From positions 1 to 49,018 of the forward strand of contig JAOAFU010000034.1 in the NCBI GenBank assembly GCA_026416115.1: a stretch of DNA of 49,018 nt, in the 5' to 3' direction. Position 1 is the first letter of the stretch, and each line of letters opens with the position of its first letter. Shown in pieces: positions 38,288-47,670 of this stretch. This DNA is from Bacteroidales bacterium (GTDB lineage: Bacteria; Bacteroidota; Bacteroidia; Bacteroidales; DTGW01). Position numbers and translations under genes: made by a program. The notes under the pieces were generated by a model. The model saw only the letters and a program-made list of their open reading frames with translations. It searched no databases and was not told the origin of the DNA.

Positions 38288-39598
38288 CTATACCTGCCTA
38301 TTTGAACGTAATTGCTGTAGAAATTCAGCAACAGCCTTGTAGCTTATATCGTGATTTTTAAAATGGTGCGAAGCTAGTTCCGACTCTGTTTGAGAAGCGT
38401 TGAGATGGTTGAGGATTTTAGTAAGATGCATTTTCATGTGTCCTTTCTGAATACCAGTCGTAACTAGCGCTCTTATAGCAGCAAAATGATTAGCCATACC
38501 CATTGCTGCGGCAATTTGCATTAAAGCAGGGGCGGTTGGGTTTCCAAGTATTTCAAGTGCTGTAGCAGCCATGGGATGTGCACGGGTAAGTCCTCCCACT
38601 GTACCCAAAGCAAGCGGTACCTGAAGAGTAAACCGGAAACGTCCAGTATAGATCTCGCATTTCGATAGAGAGGTATAAGTTCCCCCTCGAGCAGCATAGG
38701 CGTGTCCACCAGCTTCGATTGCACGAAAATCGTTGCCAGTAGCCAACACTACCGCATCGATGCCGTTGAAAATACCTTTGTTGTGTGTTACAGCACGATA
38801 GGGGTCGACTTGTGCAATTGCAATTGCTTGCGAAAATTTTTCGGCAAATTTCTTAGAACCTAAACCGGCCGATATGGGTTCAAGTTCATCAACTGGGCAT
38901 TCGACTGAACATTCTACTAAACATTGGGGGGTGTAGTTTGAGAGAATTGCCATATTTACCTCACAATCTGCAAGCCGATCGGTAAAATGCTCTTCAAAAA
39001 ATGCAGGAAGTTCTTTAGCCATGGTTTCGAGGCACGAATTAATATAGTTTGCACCCATGGCATCGGCTGTTTCGAAGTAAACCTGTATGCGATGATAATG
39101 ACGAATCAGGTGCGTATAATCGGAATACTCAATGTCCAATACACCACCACCTCTTTTCTTCATATTCTCGCTCAGATATTCAACGCTCTCGAGAAGTAGC
39201 TTTTTAAGTTCTTCCCAATATGATTCAAGAATTGCTGAATTACCTTCCCAAAAAAAATGAATTTGTCCTACTTTGGTTGTGCCTATTATTTTTGTTCGAA
39301 AGCCACCCCTGGTACTCCAGAATTTAGAGGCATAGGATGCCGCAGCAACAACCGAACTTTCTTCGGTTACCATTGGTACCCAATATTGTTGCCCATTGAT
39401 GTAAACATTGGGTACTATCCCCAGAGGAAGAAAGTAATTTGCTAAAGTATTTTCGGAAATATTATCGAGCATCTTTTGGGAACCACTCTCAATATCGAAA
39501 GCTTCCATACGATTTAGCAAATTCTCTGAGATTACCTGCATCTCGACTAATTTTTTTCTTCTTTCGGATTTCGAAAGTTTTGAGAATCCTTCAATCAT
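38288..39598 (-). CDS. mvaA: Hydroxymethylglutaryl-CoA reductase, class II
   Basis: ISEN, PMVTEESSVVAAAS, DAMGAN, ILSN, THNKGIFNG, GNDFRA, GTVGG, GIQKGHMKMH. Confidence 0.95.
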   Translation of the reverse strand: MIEGFSKLSKSERRKKLVEMQVISENLLNRMEAFDIESGSQKMLDNISENTLANYFLPLGIVPNVYINGQQYWVPMVTEESSVVAAASYASKFWSTRGGFRTKIIGTTKVGQIHFFWEGNSAILESYWEELKKLLLESVEYLSENMKKRGGGVLDIEYSDYTHLIRHYHRIQVYFETADAMGANYINSCLETMAKELPAFFEEHFTDRLADCEVNMAILSNYTPQCLVECSVECPVDELEPISAGLGSKKFAEKFSQAIAIAQVDPYRAVTHNKGIFNGIDAVVLATGNDFRAIEAGGHAYAARGGTYTSLSKCEIYTGRFRFTLQVPLALGTVGGLTRAHPMAATALEILGNPTAPALMQIAAAMGMANHFAAIRALVTTGIQKGHMKMHLTKILNHLNASQTESELASHHFKNHDISYKAVAEFLQQLRSNRQV

Positions 39599-39604
39599 AA
39601 CACA

Positions 39605-40756
39605 TTAAAGATATTTGCTGATTACCAATTTTAAGATCTCTGAAGTGCCTTCTCCAATTTGAAGGATCCTTTGATCGCGATAAAATCGTTCGATGTCCGA
39701 AGACTTAATAAGTCCGTAGGCGCCATGAATTTGAAGTGCCTGATCGGCAATTTCTTTAGCTATCTCGGAAGTATAAAGTTTGACAATGGCTGCTTCGCGA
39801 CCATAGGGTAGTCCTTGATCTTTTAACCAACAAGCATGGTAGAGCGTATTGCGAGCAAGTTCTATTTTAACTTGCATTTCGGCTAATTTAAAACTGATGT
39901 CCTGAAACGTAATAAGGGTTTTACCAAACTGCACTCGTTTTTTGGCGTATTTAACAGCCATCTCGTAAGCACCTTGTGCTAAACCAAGTCCCATGGCTGC
40001 TATAGAAAGCCTACCCGAGCCGAGCGTTTCGAGCATTATACGCAGGCCTTGTCCCTCCTGTCCCAGCAAATTTTCTGCAGGAACTTTACAATTATGAAAG
40101 TATACTCTACCTGTATCGGCAGCGCGCCACATCATTTTATTCAGGATGGGCTCTTTTTTATAACCCGGGGTGCTACTTTCTACCAAAAGGGTTGAATACA
40201 ATTTCTTCCCTGCTTGTTCGCCAGTACAGGCAAGCAAAGTCATACCTGCAGCTAGCGATGAGGACGAATTGGTAATAAAAATTTTTTCACCGTTAATTAT
40301 CCATCCATCTGTATTTTTTTCGGCACGTGTCGAAACATTTTTTGCATCCGAGCCCGCATTGGGTTCTGTAAGTCCAAATGCCCATAATTTACTACCATCA
40401 ATCAAACGAGGTAGAAAATATTTTTTTTGTTCTTCGGTACCGTAATGATAGATAGGTCCAAGTCCAAGTGAATTATGAGCTGCTACGGTAACTGCCTGCG
40501 AACCATCGATGCGAGCTAATTCTTCTACTGCTATGATATAAGAAAGTGTGTCTAAGTTTCGACCCCCGTATGTTTCGGGAATACACATACCAAATAAACC
40601 AAGCTCTCCCATTCGACGTGTAAGGTACTCGGAAAAAGTTGCCTTTTCATCAAGTTCTGCTGCTAAAGGTTGAATCTCGGTTTCCGCAAAATGTCTAATC
40701 TGTTCACGAAGAGCATGGTGACTTTCTTTTAGTAAATAATGATGCATTGTTTGCAT
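39605..40756 (-). CDS. Acyl-CoA dehydrogenase, probably branched-chain (isovaleryl-CoA)
   Basis: FGLTEPNAGSD, GEKIFITN, RVQFG, QIHGAYG, RDQRILQIGEGTSEI. The family is certain; the substrate is inferred. Confidence 0.88.
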   Translation of the reverse strand: MQTMHHYLLKESHHALREQIRHFAETEIQPLAAELDEKATFSEYLTRRMGELGLFGMCIPETYGGRNLDTLSYIIAVEELARIDGSQAVTVAAHNSLGLGPIYHYGTEEQKKYFLPRLIDGSKLWAFGLTEPNAGSDAKNVSTRAEKNTDGWIINGEKIFITNSSSSLAAGMTLLACTGEQAGKKLYSTLLVESSTPGYKKEPILNKMMWRAADTGRVYFHNCKVPAENLLGQEGQGLRIMLETLGSGRLSIAAMGLGLAQGAYEMAVKYAKKRVQFGKTLITFQDISFKLAEMQVKIELARNTLYHACWLKDQGLPYGREAAIVKLYTSEIAKEIADQALQIHGAYGLIKSSDIERFYRDQRILQIGEGTSEILKLVISKYL

Positions 40757-40769
40757 AATCTTTCGAAAA

Positions 40770-42800
40770 TTAGTTATTACTTATAGTAAACAATACTTGA
40801 TTTGCTTTAACATTTTCGCCTACTTTCACATGTATGCCATCTACAATTCCTTCGTCGTAGGCGGTAAGTTTATTTTCGGTTTTCATCGATTCGAGTACAG
40901 CCAGGATATCTCCCTGCTTTACTTTCTGGCCTTCTGAAACCAAAATTTCTACAACTTTACCCGGTATGGGCGCTGAAATATTTCTCGAATTATCAGTTGT
41001 AATTACAGGTTTTTCTAGAAATCGTTCATCGGTAGTTAAAAATCGGTTTAAAATTATAGCTTGTCCTTTTCTGCCTTTACTTTCAAGATATAGAGTACCA
41101 GATGGGCCGAATGCATAAAAAACCCGATAGACAAGAGCCTCATCTGACGAGGATTTAGCGTTTACTCGAATATCAAAAGAGTTGGGGATGGAGTGGGTTG
41201 GTTCGAAGTTTATGCTAAAAATTTGATTACCGATATTTACACTCAGATTATTTGAATTTGAAAAGTAATGATAATATATGTGAATTTCTTTGTCGGCTAT
41301 TTTCATGGATAGCGGGTAAATCATACGCCATCTTCCATATATTTGGGCAAAAGGTGATGAAAGTGTTTTGATTCGATGCTCGAAGTGTACAAAGGCAGAG
41401 GTTGCTAATAAAACCATCTCCGTACTATTTAAGGAAAAGTCGTGATCTATAGAGTCAATCAGTTGAGGTAAAAATTGCTGCAAACAGGTGGTGTGAATTT
41501 GATTTTTTTTGAAAAAATCTGAATTGATGCAGGCACGTAATAGTGGTAAATTGGTTTTAGCACCTAAAATAACTGTTTGGTTTAATGTTTCAATCATTTG
41601 CTCAATGGCCTGATTTCGGTCTGAAGCCTTAACAATAACTTTTGCTAAGAGCGAATCGAAATCAGTGTTAATTTCCTGACTATCTTGCAGATCGGCTTCA
41701 ATTCTGACAAACGGAATCTCCGGAAGTCGCACCAGTTGAATCGTCCCCCCGGTAGGTAGAAATTGATTAGCTGGATCTTCAGCACAAATACGGCACTCTA
41801 TCGCATGTCCCTTGGGAGTGATAACCGATTGTTCCCAAGGCAGTATTTCTCCCTGCGCCGAGCGGATTTGCCACTCAACAATATCGATACCCGTAATGCT
41901 TTCGGTTACTGGATGTTCGACCTGTATACGGGTATTTACTTCGAGGAAAAAATATTCGCCTGTGGGCAAAACAATGAATTCGACAGTTCCAACATTATCG
42001 TAACCCGTTGTTTCAATAAGTCGAACGGCATCGTTAAACATTTTTTCTCTGATATGGGAATCGACCGATACACAGGGAGCTTCTTCTATAATTTTCTGAT
42101 ACCTTCGTTGAATGCTACATTCCCTGTCGAATAAGTGAACTGCGTGGCCATGTTTATCGGCAAGTATTTGCACCTCAACATGCCTCACATTTTCGAAGTA
42201 AGGAACAACAAACAAGCGAGCATTACCAAAATAGGTTTGTGCTTCGAAAGCTGCCGAGAAAAGCTGCTGCTCAAGTTCTTCGCTTTTTCGTACGATTTTC
42301 ATTCCTCTTCCACCGCCTCCACTAGCTGCTTTAATAAGAAGAGGGAAGTTTAGCTTACGAGCTTCGTTCTTAAGTGCATCAGGCTCGCCCTGTAACATGG
42401 GAATGGTGGGAATACCCAATTCGGAGGCAAATTTTGTAGCTTCTACTTTGTTCGAAAGTTTCTCCATAGCCGTAGGCGAGGGGCCAATCCAAATTAACCC
42501 CCTCTCAATACAGCGTTGAGCAAAGAGGGGATTTTCGGATAAAAAACCATATCCAGGATGTATAGCATCGCAATCCCTTGATAGGGCTACTGTAATAATT
42601 TTGTCAATATTCAGAAAAGTCTCTTCTAACGAATTTCCTTCCAACAAAACAGCCTCGTCGGCATCGGTAATGTACTGCATTTCTCTGTCGGTCGGCACAT
42701 ATACAGTTACAGACTGTAAACCCATACGGCGTACAGTACGGATAATCCTTCTGGCTATTTCTCCCCGATTGGCAATTAAAACCTTTCGTATCAGTTGCAT
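40770..42800 (-). CDS. Acyl-CoA carboxylase alpha subunit (biotin carboxylase + BCCP), methylcrotonyl-CoA carboxylase-like
   Basis: LIANRGEIA, HPGYGFLSEN, GGGGRGM, RECSIQRRYQK, FLEVNTRIQVEHPVTE; C-terminal biotinyl domain APIPG, ESMKTE. Confidence 0.9.
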   Translation of the reverse strand: MQLIRKVLIANRGEIARRIIRTVRRMGLQSVTVYVPTDREMQYITDADEAVLLEGNSLEETFLNIDKIITVALSRDCDAIHPGYGFLSENPLFAQRCIERGLIWIGPSPTAMEKLSNKVEATKFASELGIPTIPMLQGEPDALKNEARKLNFPLLIKAASGGGGRGMKIVRKSEELEQQLFSAAFEAQTYFGNARLFVVPYFENVRHVEVQILADKHGHAVHLFDRECSIQRRYQKIIEEAPCVSVDSHIREKMFNDAVRLIETTGYDNVGTVEFIVLPTGEYFFLEVNTRIQVEHPVTESITGIDIVEWQIRSAQGEILPWEQSVITPKGHAIECRICAEDPANQFLPTGGTIQLVRLPEIPFVRIEADLQDSQEINTDFDSLLAKVIVKASDRNQAIEQMIETLNQTVILGAKTNLPLLRACINSDFFKKNQIHTTCLQQFLPQLIDSIDHDFSLNSTEMVLLATSAFVHFEHRIKTLSSPFAQIYGRWRMIYPLSMKIADKEIHIYYHYFSNSNNLSVNIGNQIFSINFEPTHSIPNSFDIRVNAKSSSDEALVYRVFYAFGPSGTLYLESKGRKGQAIILNRFLTTDERFLEKPVITTDNSRNISAPIPGKVVEILVSEGQKVKQGDILAVLESMKTENKLTAYDEGIVDGIHVKVGENVKANQVLFTISNN

Positions 42801-43064
42801 AATTAAAATTGTAACTACTGTATAACATACTTTTTGGGGTTTTGTTGCATCAGGCTTATAAAACTGTGAATTATCAAAACCTCCACAGGCTAAATGGGGT
42901 TAATTTGTTCTCTGTAATGTATGTGTTAATAATTTTTTTGTGCAGAATTTATCGTCGAAGTGATGCAACATTCAAAAATATGCGGTCGATTGATAATACT
43001 TTGATGTAACAATTGATATACTTACTGTATCAATATTTATACCTATCGATATGCGAAACCTACT

Positions 43065-43072
43065 TAACTTTG
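43065..43072 (+). promoter_or_regulatory. -7 promoter element for the GH95 gene
   Basis: TAACTTTG 54 nt upstream of ATG 43127. Confidence 0.5.
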
Positions 43073-43126
43073 GTGTTAAGGAATGTAAGCAGGCAATCAT
43101 TTTTATTAGCTGAAAAATTTATTACT

Positions 43127-45535
43127 ATGATGAATGGTAGAAGAACAAACTTACTTGTAGGATTTGGGCTGGTAGTTATTATATCTACTCATGCACAATC
43201 GTCGGAAGTACTATGGTATAAGCAACCAGCTACTTATTTTGAAGAAACTTTAGTTTTGGGAAATGGAAAAATAGGTGCAACAATTTTTGGAGGGACACGT
43301 CAGGAAAAAATTTATCTAAATGATATTACTCTTTGGTCGGGCGAACCCGTTAATCCTGCCATGAAACCCGATGCATATAAGTGGGTGCCTGCTATACGTA
43401 AGGCTTTGTTTGAAGAAAACTATCGCTTGGCCGATTCGTTAAATCGATATTTGCAAGGCAAGTATTCTGAGTCTTATGCTCCGTTGGGAACTTTGTATAT
43501 CGATTTTAATGATCAGGAAAATGTTTCGCAATACGTACGTCGTTTAACTCTCGATAGTGCGATAGCCAGTGTGTCGTACAGTACATCTAAAAATCGAATA
43601 GTACGCGAATATTTTACTTCTGCACCCGATAAGGTCTTGGTCATTCGTCTTGCAGGTACGAAAAAGCGTTCGCTCAACTGTACTTTACATTTCAAGAGTT
43701 TGCTTAAATACAACACAAGGGCGGAAGGGTCGGTGTTAGCTATAAAAGGTTATGCACCTGTTCATGCTGCTCCAAGCTATCTGGGAGATGTGCCCAATGC
43801 CATAATTTTTGACCCTGCAAAGGGAACACGTTTCACTACCCTCATTAGTGTAGCTCAAACCGATGGCAAAGTATCGGTCAATGATACATCGGTTCTTATC
43901 ATCGGTGCCTCCGAGGCGATAGTGCTTGTTGCTATTGAGACAAGCTTCAATGGGTTCGACAAAGATCCTGTCGCGGCAGGCAAGAATGCCGATAGTCTTG
44001 CAAATATATATTTGCTATCGGCTAAAAAATCAACATATAATACTTTAGTGAATAGACATATTGCCGACTACCAAAGCTTTTATCGGCGTGTAAAGCTTAC
44101 CCTTGGAGATACAAAAGCTCCCAATATGCCTACCGACGAGCGCTTGAAACGTTACGCATCGGGGCAAGAGGACAAAAACCTTGAAGTATTGTATTTTAAT
44201 TTTGGCCGTTATTTACTCATTAGCAGTTCACGCACCGAAGGCGTTCCTGCAAATTTGCAGGGGTTATGGAATCATTATATGCGTCCACCCTGGAGTAGTA
44301 ATTATACGTTAAACATTAATGCCGAAGAAAATTACTGGCCTGCAGAGATTGCAAATCTTTCGGAGATGCACTGGCCGTTATTAAGTTTTATAGCCAACCT
44401 CGCCAAAACAGGCGAAGTTACAGCTCGTACTTTTTACGGTGTTCAACGTGGATGGACAGCCTGTCATAATTCCGATATTTGGGCTATGAGCAATGCTGTT
44501 GGCGACTTTGGTAAAGGCGACCCCGTTTGGGCCAATTGGAATATGGCAGGTGCGTGGTTGAGCACTCACCTATGGGAGCATTATTTATTTTCGCAGGATA
44601 TGGTATATTTAAAAAATTATGCTTACCCCTTGATGAAAGGAGCCGCTGAGTTCTGCCTATACTGGTTAGTTGAAGATAGAAATGGGTATTTAGTAACAGC
44701 ACCTTGCACTTCGCCCGAGAATCGTTACATCACTCAGGATGGTTATCATGGAGCAACTTTTTATGGGGGTAGTGCCGATCTTGGAATGATCCGCGAGTGC
44801 TTTCTAAATTTTATCGAAGCATCAAAACTTTTAAACTGCGATGCTTCCTTACGCGACAGTATTCAGGCAGCATATCATCGTCTTTATCCATATCAGATTG
44901 GAAAGAAGGGTAATTTGCAGGAATGGTATTACGACTGGGAAGATGAAGATCCTCGACATCGTCACCAGTCGCATCTTTTTGGATTATATCCTGGGCATCA
45001 TATTAATCCCCAAAATACTCCGCAACTAGCAGAAGCATGCAAACGAACCCTCGAAATTAAAGGCGACGAGACTACCGGATGGTCGAAAGGTTGGCGAATT
45101 AATCTTTGGGCTCGTTTGAGGGATGGAAATCGTGCTTACAAAATGTATCGCGAACTTCTAAAGTATGTCGAACCCGACGAAGCTCGAAAACCTGGTTCAT
45201 GGGAAGGAGGAACCTATCCAAATCTGCTCGATGCTCATCCTCCTTTCCAAATCGATGGCAATTTTGGGGGTACAGCTGCGGTTATTGAAATGCTTATACA
45301 ATCAACTCCAAATCGTATATACCTTTTACCCGCTTTGCCCGATGTATGGTCCGATGGAAATATTTCGGGAGTTAAAGCGCGTGGTGGATTTGAATTAAGC
45401 ATTCAATGGAAAAACAAATCACCCGAGGTAATAACTATTTCATCTAAAACTGGAGGAAATACCATACTCGTATTTGGTGCGAAAGAATTAGAAATAAACC
45501 TTAAAGCTGGTGAAAAGAAAGTTATTCGCTGGTAA
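43127..45535 (+). CDS. Glycoside hydrolase family 95 (alpha-L-fucosidase/alpha-L-galactosidase-like)
   Basis: Start moved to ATG 43127 (MMNGRR, signal peptide ending STHA-Q). LWYKQPA, LGNGKIGA, FGRYLLISSSR, PANLQGLWN, NINAEENYW, SPEN, HRHQSHL, HPPFQIDGNFG. Confidence 0.92.
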   Translation: MMNGRRTNLLVGFGLVVIISTHAQSSEVLWYKQPATYFEETLVLGNGKIGATIFGGTRQEKIYLNDITLWSGEPVNPAMKPDAYKWVPAIRKALFEENYRLADSLNRYLQGKYSESYAPLGTLYIDFNDQENVSQYVRRLTLDSAIASVSYSTSKNRIVREYFTSAPDKVLVIRLAGTKKRSLNCTLHFKSLLKYNTRAEGSVLAIKGYAPVHAAPSYLGDVPNAIIFDPAKGTRFTTLISVAQTDGKVSVNDTSVLIIGASEAIVLVAIETSFNGFDKDPVAAGKNADSLANIYLLSAKKSTYNTLVNRHIADYQSFYRRVKLTLGDTKAPNMPTDERLKRYASGQEDKNLEVLYFNFGRYLLISSSRTEGVPANLQGLWNHYMRPPWSSNYTLNINAEENYWPAEIANLSEMHWPLLSFIANLAKTGEVTARTFYGVQRGWTACHNSDIWAMSNAVGDFGKGDPVWANWNMAGAWLSTHLWEHYLFSQDMVYLKNYAYPLMKGAAEFCLYWLVEDRNGYLVTAPCTSPENRYITQDGYHGATFYGGSADLGMIRECFLNFIEASKLLNCDASLRDSIQAAYHRLYPYQIGKKGNLQEWYYDWEDEDPRHRHQSHLFGLYPGHHINPQNTPQLAEACKRTLEIKGDETTGWSKGWRINLWARLRDGNRAYKMYRELLKYVEPDEARKPGSWEGGTYPNLLDAHPPFQIDGNFGGTAAVIEMLIQSTPNRIYLLPALPDVWSDGNISGVKARGGFELSIQWKNKSPEVITISSKTGGNTILVFGAKELEINLKAGEKKVIRW

Positions 45536-45563
45536 ATGATTGGATTTTTAGAATTATAAAAAC

Positions 45564-46034
45564 TCAATTTCTTAAGGTAGCTGTTATTCGAAGAGGATTT
45601 ATCAACAATTCGAGAGCATCTATGATACTATAGCACACAATGTCGGCCTTACTGAGTGTCTTAGCCGATGCTCCTTCTTTTTGAATAACGGCTATGCTCA
45701 GAGCTGCTTTCTTTAGCATAAACATATCATTCAGCCCATTCCCAATGGCAATGACCTTTTTTCTTCCAAGTCTCGAAATATAGCGCGACTTTTGCTTTCG
45801 CTGATCAGTATTACTAAGGATAGTAATTATACATCTAATATCTTCAAGATTTTTTACAGCCTTGCCAAACGTGTCGGCCGTAACAACATGTATTTGAATA
45901 ATCTCAGAAATTTTAACCAATAGTTCAGCGACCCCGGATATAAGTTCACCATCGATAGCCAGTGTACCATTATAATCGAGCACCAAATGTTGTGCCTTTA
46001 TTTTTTTATGTCCTGGTATATCAAGTTGAATCAT
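45564..46034 (-). CDS. HAD-superfamily hydrolase (soluble P-type ATPase-like)
   Basis: LVLDYNGTLA, VTADTFG, AIGNGLND, ATLR C-terminus. Confidence 0.82.
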   Translation of the reverse strand: MIQLDIPGHKKIKAQHLVLDYNGTLAIDGELISGVAELLVKISEIIQIHVVTADTFGKAVKNLEDIRCIITILSNTDQRKQKSRYISRLGRKKVIAIGNGLNDMFMLKKAALSIAVIQKEGASAKTLSKADIVCYSIIDALELLINPLRITATLRN

Positions 46035-46045
46035 ATGGATATTAT

Positions 46046-46471
46046 CTATTTACGAACAATAAGTACATTACATTTAGCTTTTTCGCTCACTTTGTCGGTT
46101 ACATGACCCAGATCGTTCCCCCATAGTCCCGAATGGCCACCAGATCCTATAACAATGAGATCGAAGCTGTTTTTTTCGGCAAATTCGACTATTATTTTTG
46201 CAGGATTGCCTTGCAGATGAACATATTCAATGGGATAACCAACTTGTCCTGAGATTTCTTTTATTTCTTTTTTAAGTTTAGCCGAAAAGGAATCGATCGC
46301 CTTATTCTCCTCGTCGATCTCGGCTACTGTTTCGTGATAATAGGGTCGAAAGCCACCCACCCAGATGGCGGTAAGTTTGGCTTTCAATGCTTTTGCAAGA
46401 ACTATAGAATTATTCAATGCTTTTTGTGATCCCTCGGATCCATCAAAAGCAGTCAAGATGTTCTTGTACAT
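46046..46471 (-). CDS. Universal stress protein
   Basis: YKNILTAFDGSEGS, GNPA..I, DLIVIGSGG, LGHVTDKV, CNVLIVR. Confidence 0.92.
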   Translation of the reverse strand: MYKNILTAFDGSEGSQKALNNSIVLAKALKAKLTAIWVGGFRPYYHETVAEIDEENKAIDSFSAKLKKEIKEISGQVGYPIEYVHLQGNPAKIIVEFAEKNSFDLIVIGSGGHSGLWGNDLGHVTDKVSEKAKCNVLIVRK

Positions 46472-46473
46472 AA

Positions 46474-47670
46474 TTATTTCCTCCTCTTATTTTTGCTGTT
46501 ATGACTCTCGGTTATCTTTCTAAGTCTACCCCATGCTATCATGGCATTAGCCTCGGGCTGGAAAAATTTTTGTGCAATTAGGGTTGGAACTATAGCGCTT
46601 AAGATTACAACTGTTACCAGGATAGTATATTGTTTTTGGTCGATAATATGATTATTTAAACCGAACAGGGCGGAAATGGTGCCAAATGTTAGCCCAGTAG
46701 CCATAAGCAATGTGGTATAATTGGCCTCTTTTTTACGCATTTGAAAGATACGTGCTAAAGGATATACACCTATTATTTTGGTTGTTATTTTTAATACTAA
46801 CAATAAGACAATTATTCCCAGAGAAGTCCAAATTACCGGAAGAGACACATAAAGGCCGGCCTTCATAAAATAGAATGGGGTGAATATGGTAAATGCAATG
46901 GTACGCATCCGGTTTACCAGCGTTTTGTCGCGAACAAAAACGCCAGCAACTACCAGTCCCATGAGGTAAGCAGGTAATACGGCTTCGCTTTTTGCGGTTG
47001 TTGCTAAGCCACCAAGAAAAAATAGAACCAGCAAAATAAATTTAACTTCGGGTTGACTTACTTTATCAGTTCCTAAACGACCAATCAGGTAGCGGGTCCA
47101 GCGTGGCATCAACCATAGCAGTATGCACATTACTCCAACAAATAAAACCATCCATATATTAAAATTGGCAAACAATACTCCCAGTGCCAGAACTGTTCCA
47201 AAGTCTGTAATAAAACAGGCCGCCAATATCATTTTTCCCATCGAGGTGTCGCTGAGCTTTTTCTCAATCATTACGGCATATACCACCGCTACCGAAGTGG
47301 TAGAGAGCGAAATGCCAGCAATTTGAGCCTGATGTAGCCCCCATCCTAACAGGTATTGAGCAATCATCCAAACGCTAACAAAAGGGATTGCAAAAGAGAG
47401 AAATCCAATGATAAGACTTGTTTTGAGGTTTGCCTTAAGCGATGCCGGATCAATTTCGGCACCTGCCAAAAAGGTAAGTACCCCACTGCCCAGCATGGCT
47501 AAAAAATCTACCCATTGGGTTGTATGATGAATACCAAAAAAATTGCCTGCAAGTACACCTACCAAAATTTCGACCAGGGCAACCGACACACCTATCCGAA
47601 TGGAAATAAGGCTCGCCACAAAAGCCATCCCCATCCATATCGCTGCTACCAACCAAACATTATCCAACAT
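46474..47670 (-). CDS. Cation:proton antiporter (CPA2/Na+/H+ exchanger family)
   Basis: 398 aa, mostly hydrophobic; FLAGAEID, STTSVAVV, AACFITD, PFYF..AG, TKIIG. Confidence 0.85.
   Translation of the reverse strand: MLDNVWLVAAIWMGMAFVASLISIRIGVSVALVEILVGVLAGNFFGIHHTTQWVDFLAMLGSGVLTFLAGAEIDPASLKANLKTSLIIGFLSFAIPFVSVWMIAQYLLGWGLHQAQIAGISLSTTSVAVVYAVMIEKKLSDTSMGKMILAACFITDFGTVLALGVLFANFNIWMVLFVGVMCILLWLMPRWTRYLIGRLGTDKVSQPEVKFILLVLFFLGGLATTAKSEAVLPAYLMGLVVAGVFVRDKTLVNRMRTIAFTIFTPFYFMKAGLYVSLPVIWTSLGIIVLLLVLKITTKIIGVYPLARIFQMRKKEANYTTLLMATGLTFGTISALFGLNNHIIDQKQYTILVTVVILSAIVPTLIAQKFFQPEANAMIAWGRLRKITESHNSKNKRRK

Noticed and set aside
43013-43126. TTG-initiated 38-aa extension of GH95
   Set aside because: The signal peptide starts at ATG 43127/43130, and a TAACTTTG promoter element lies within the extension.
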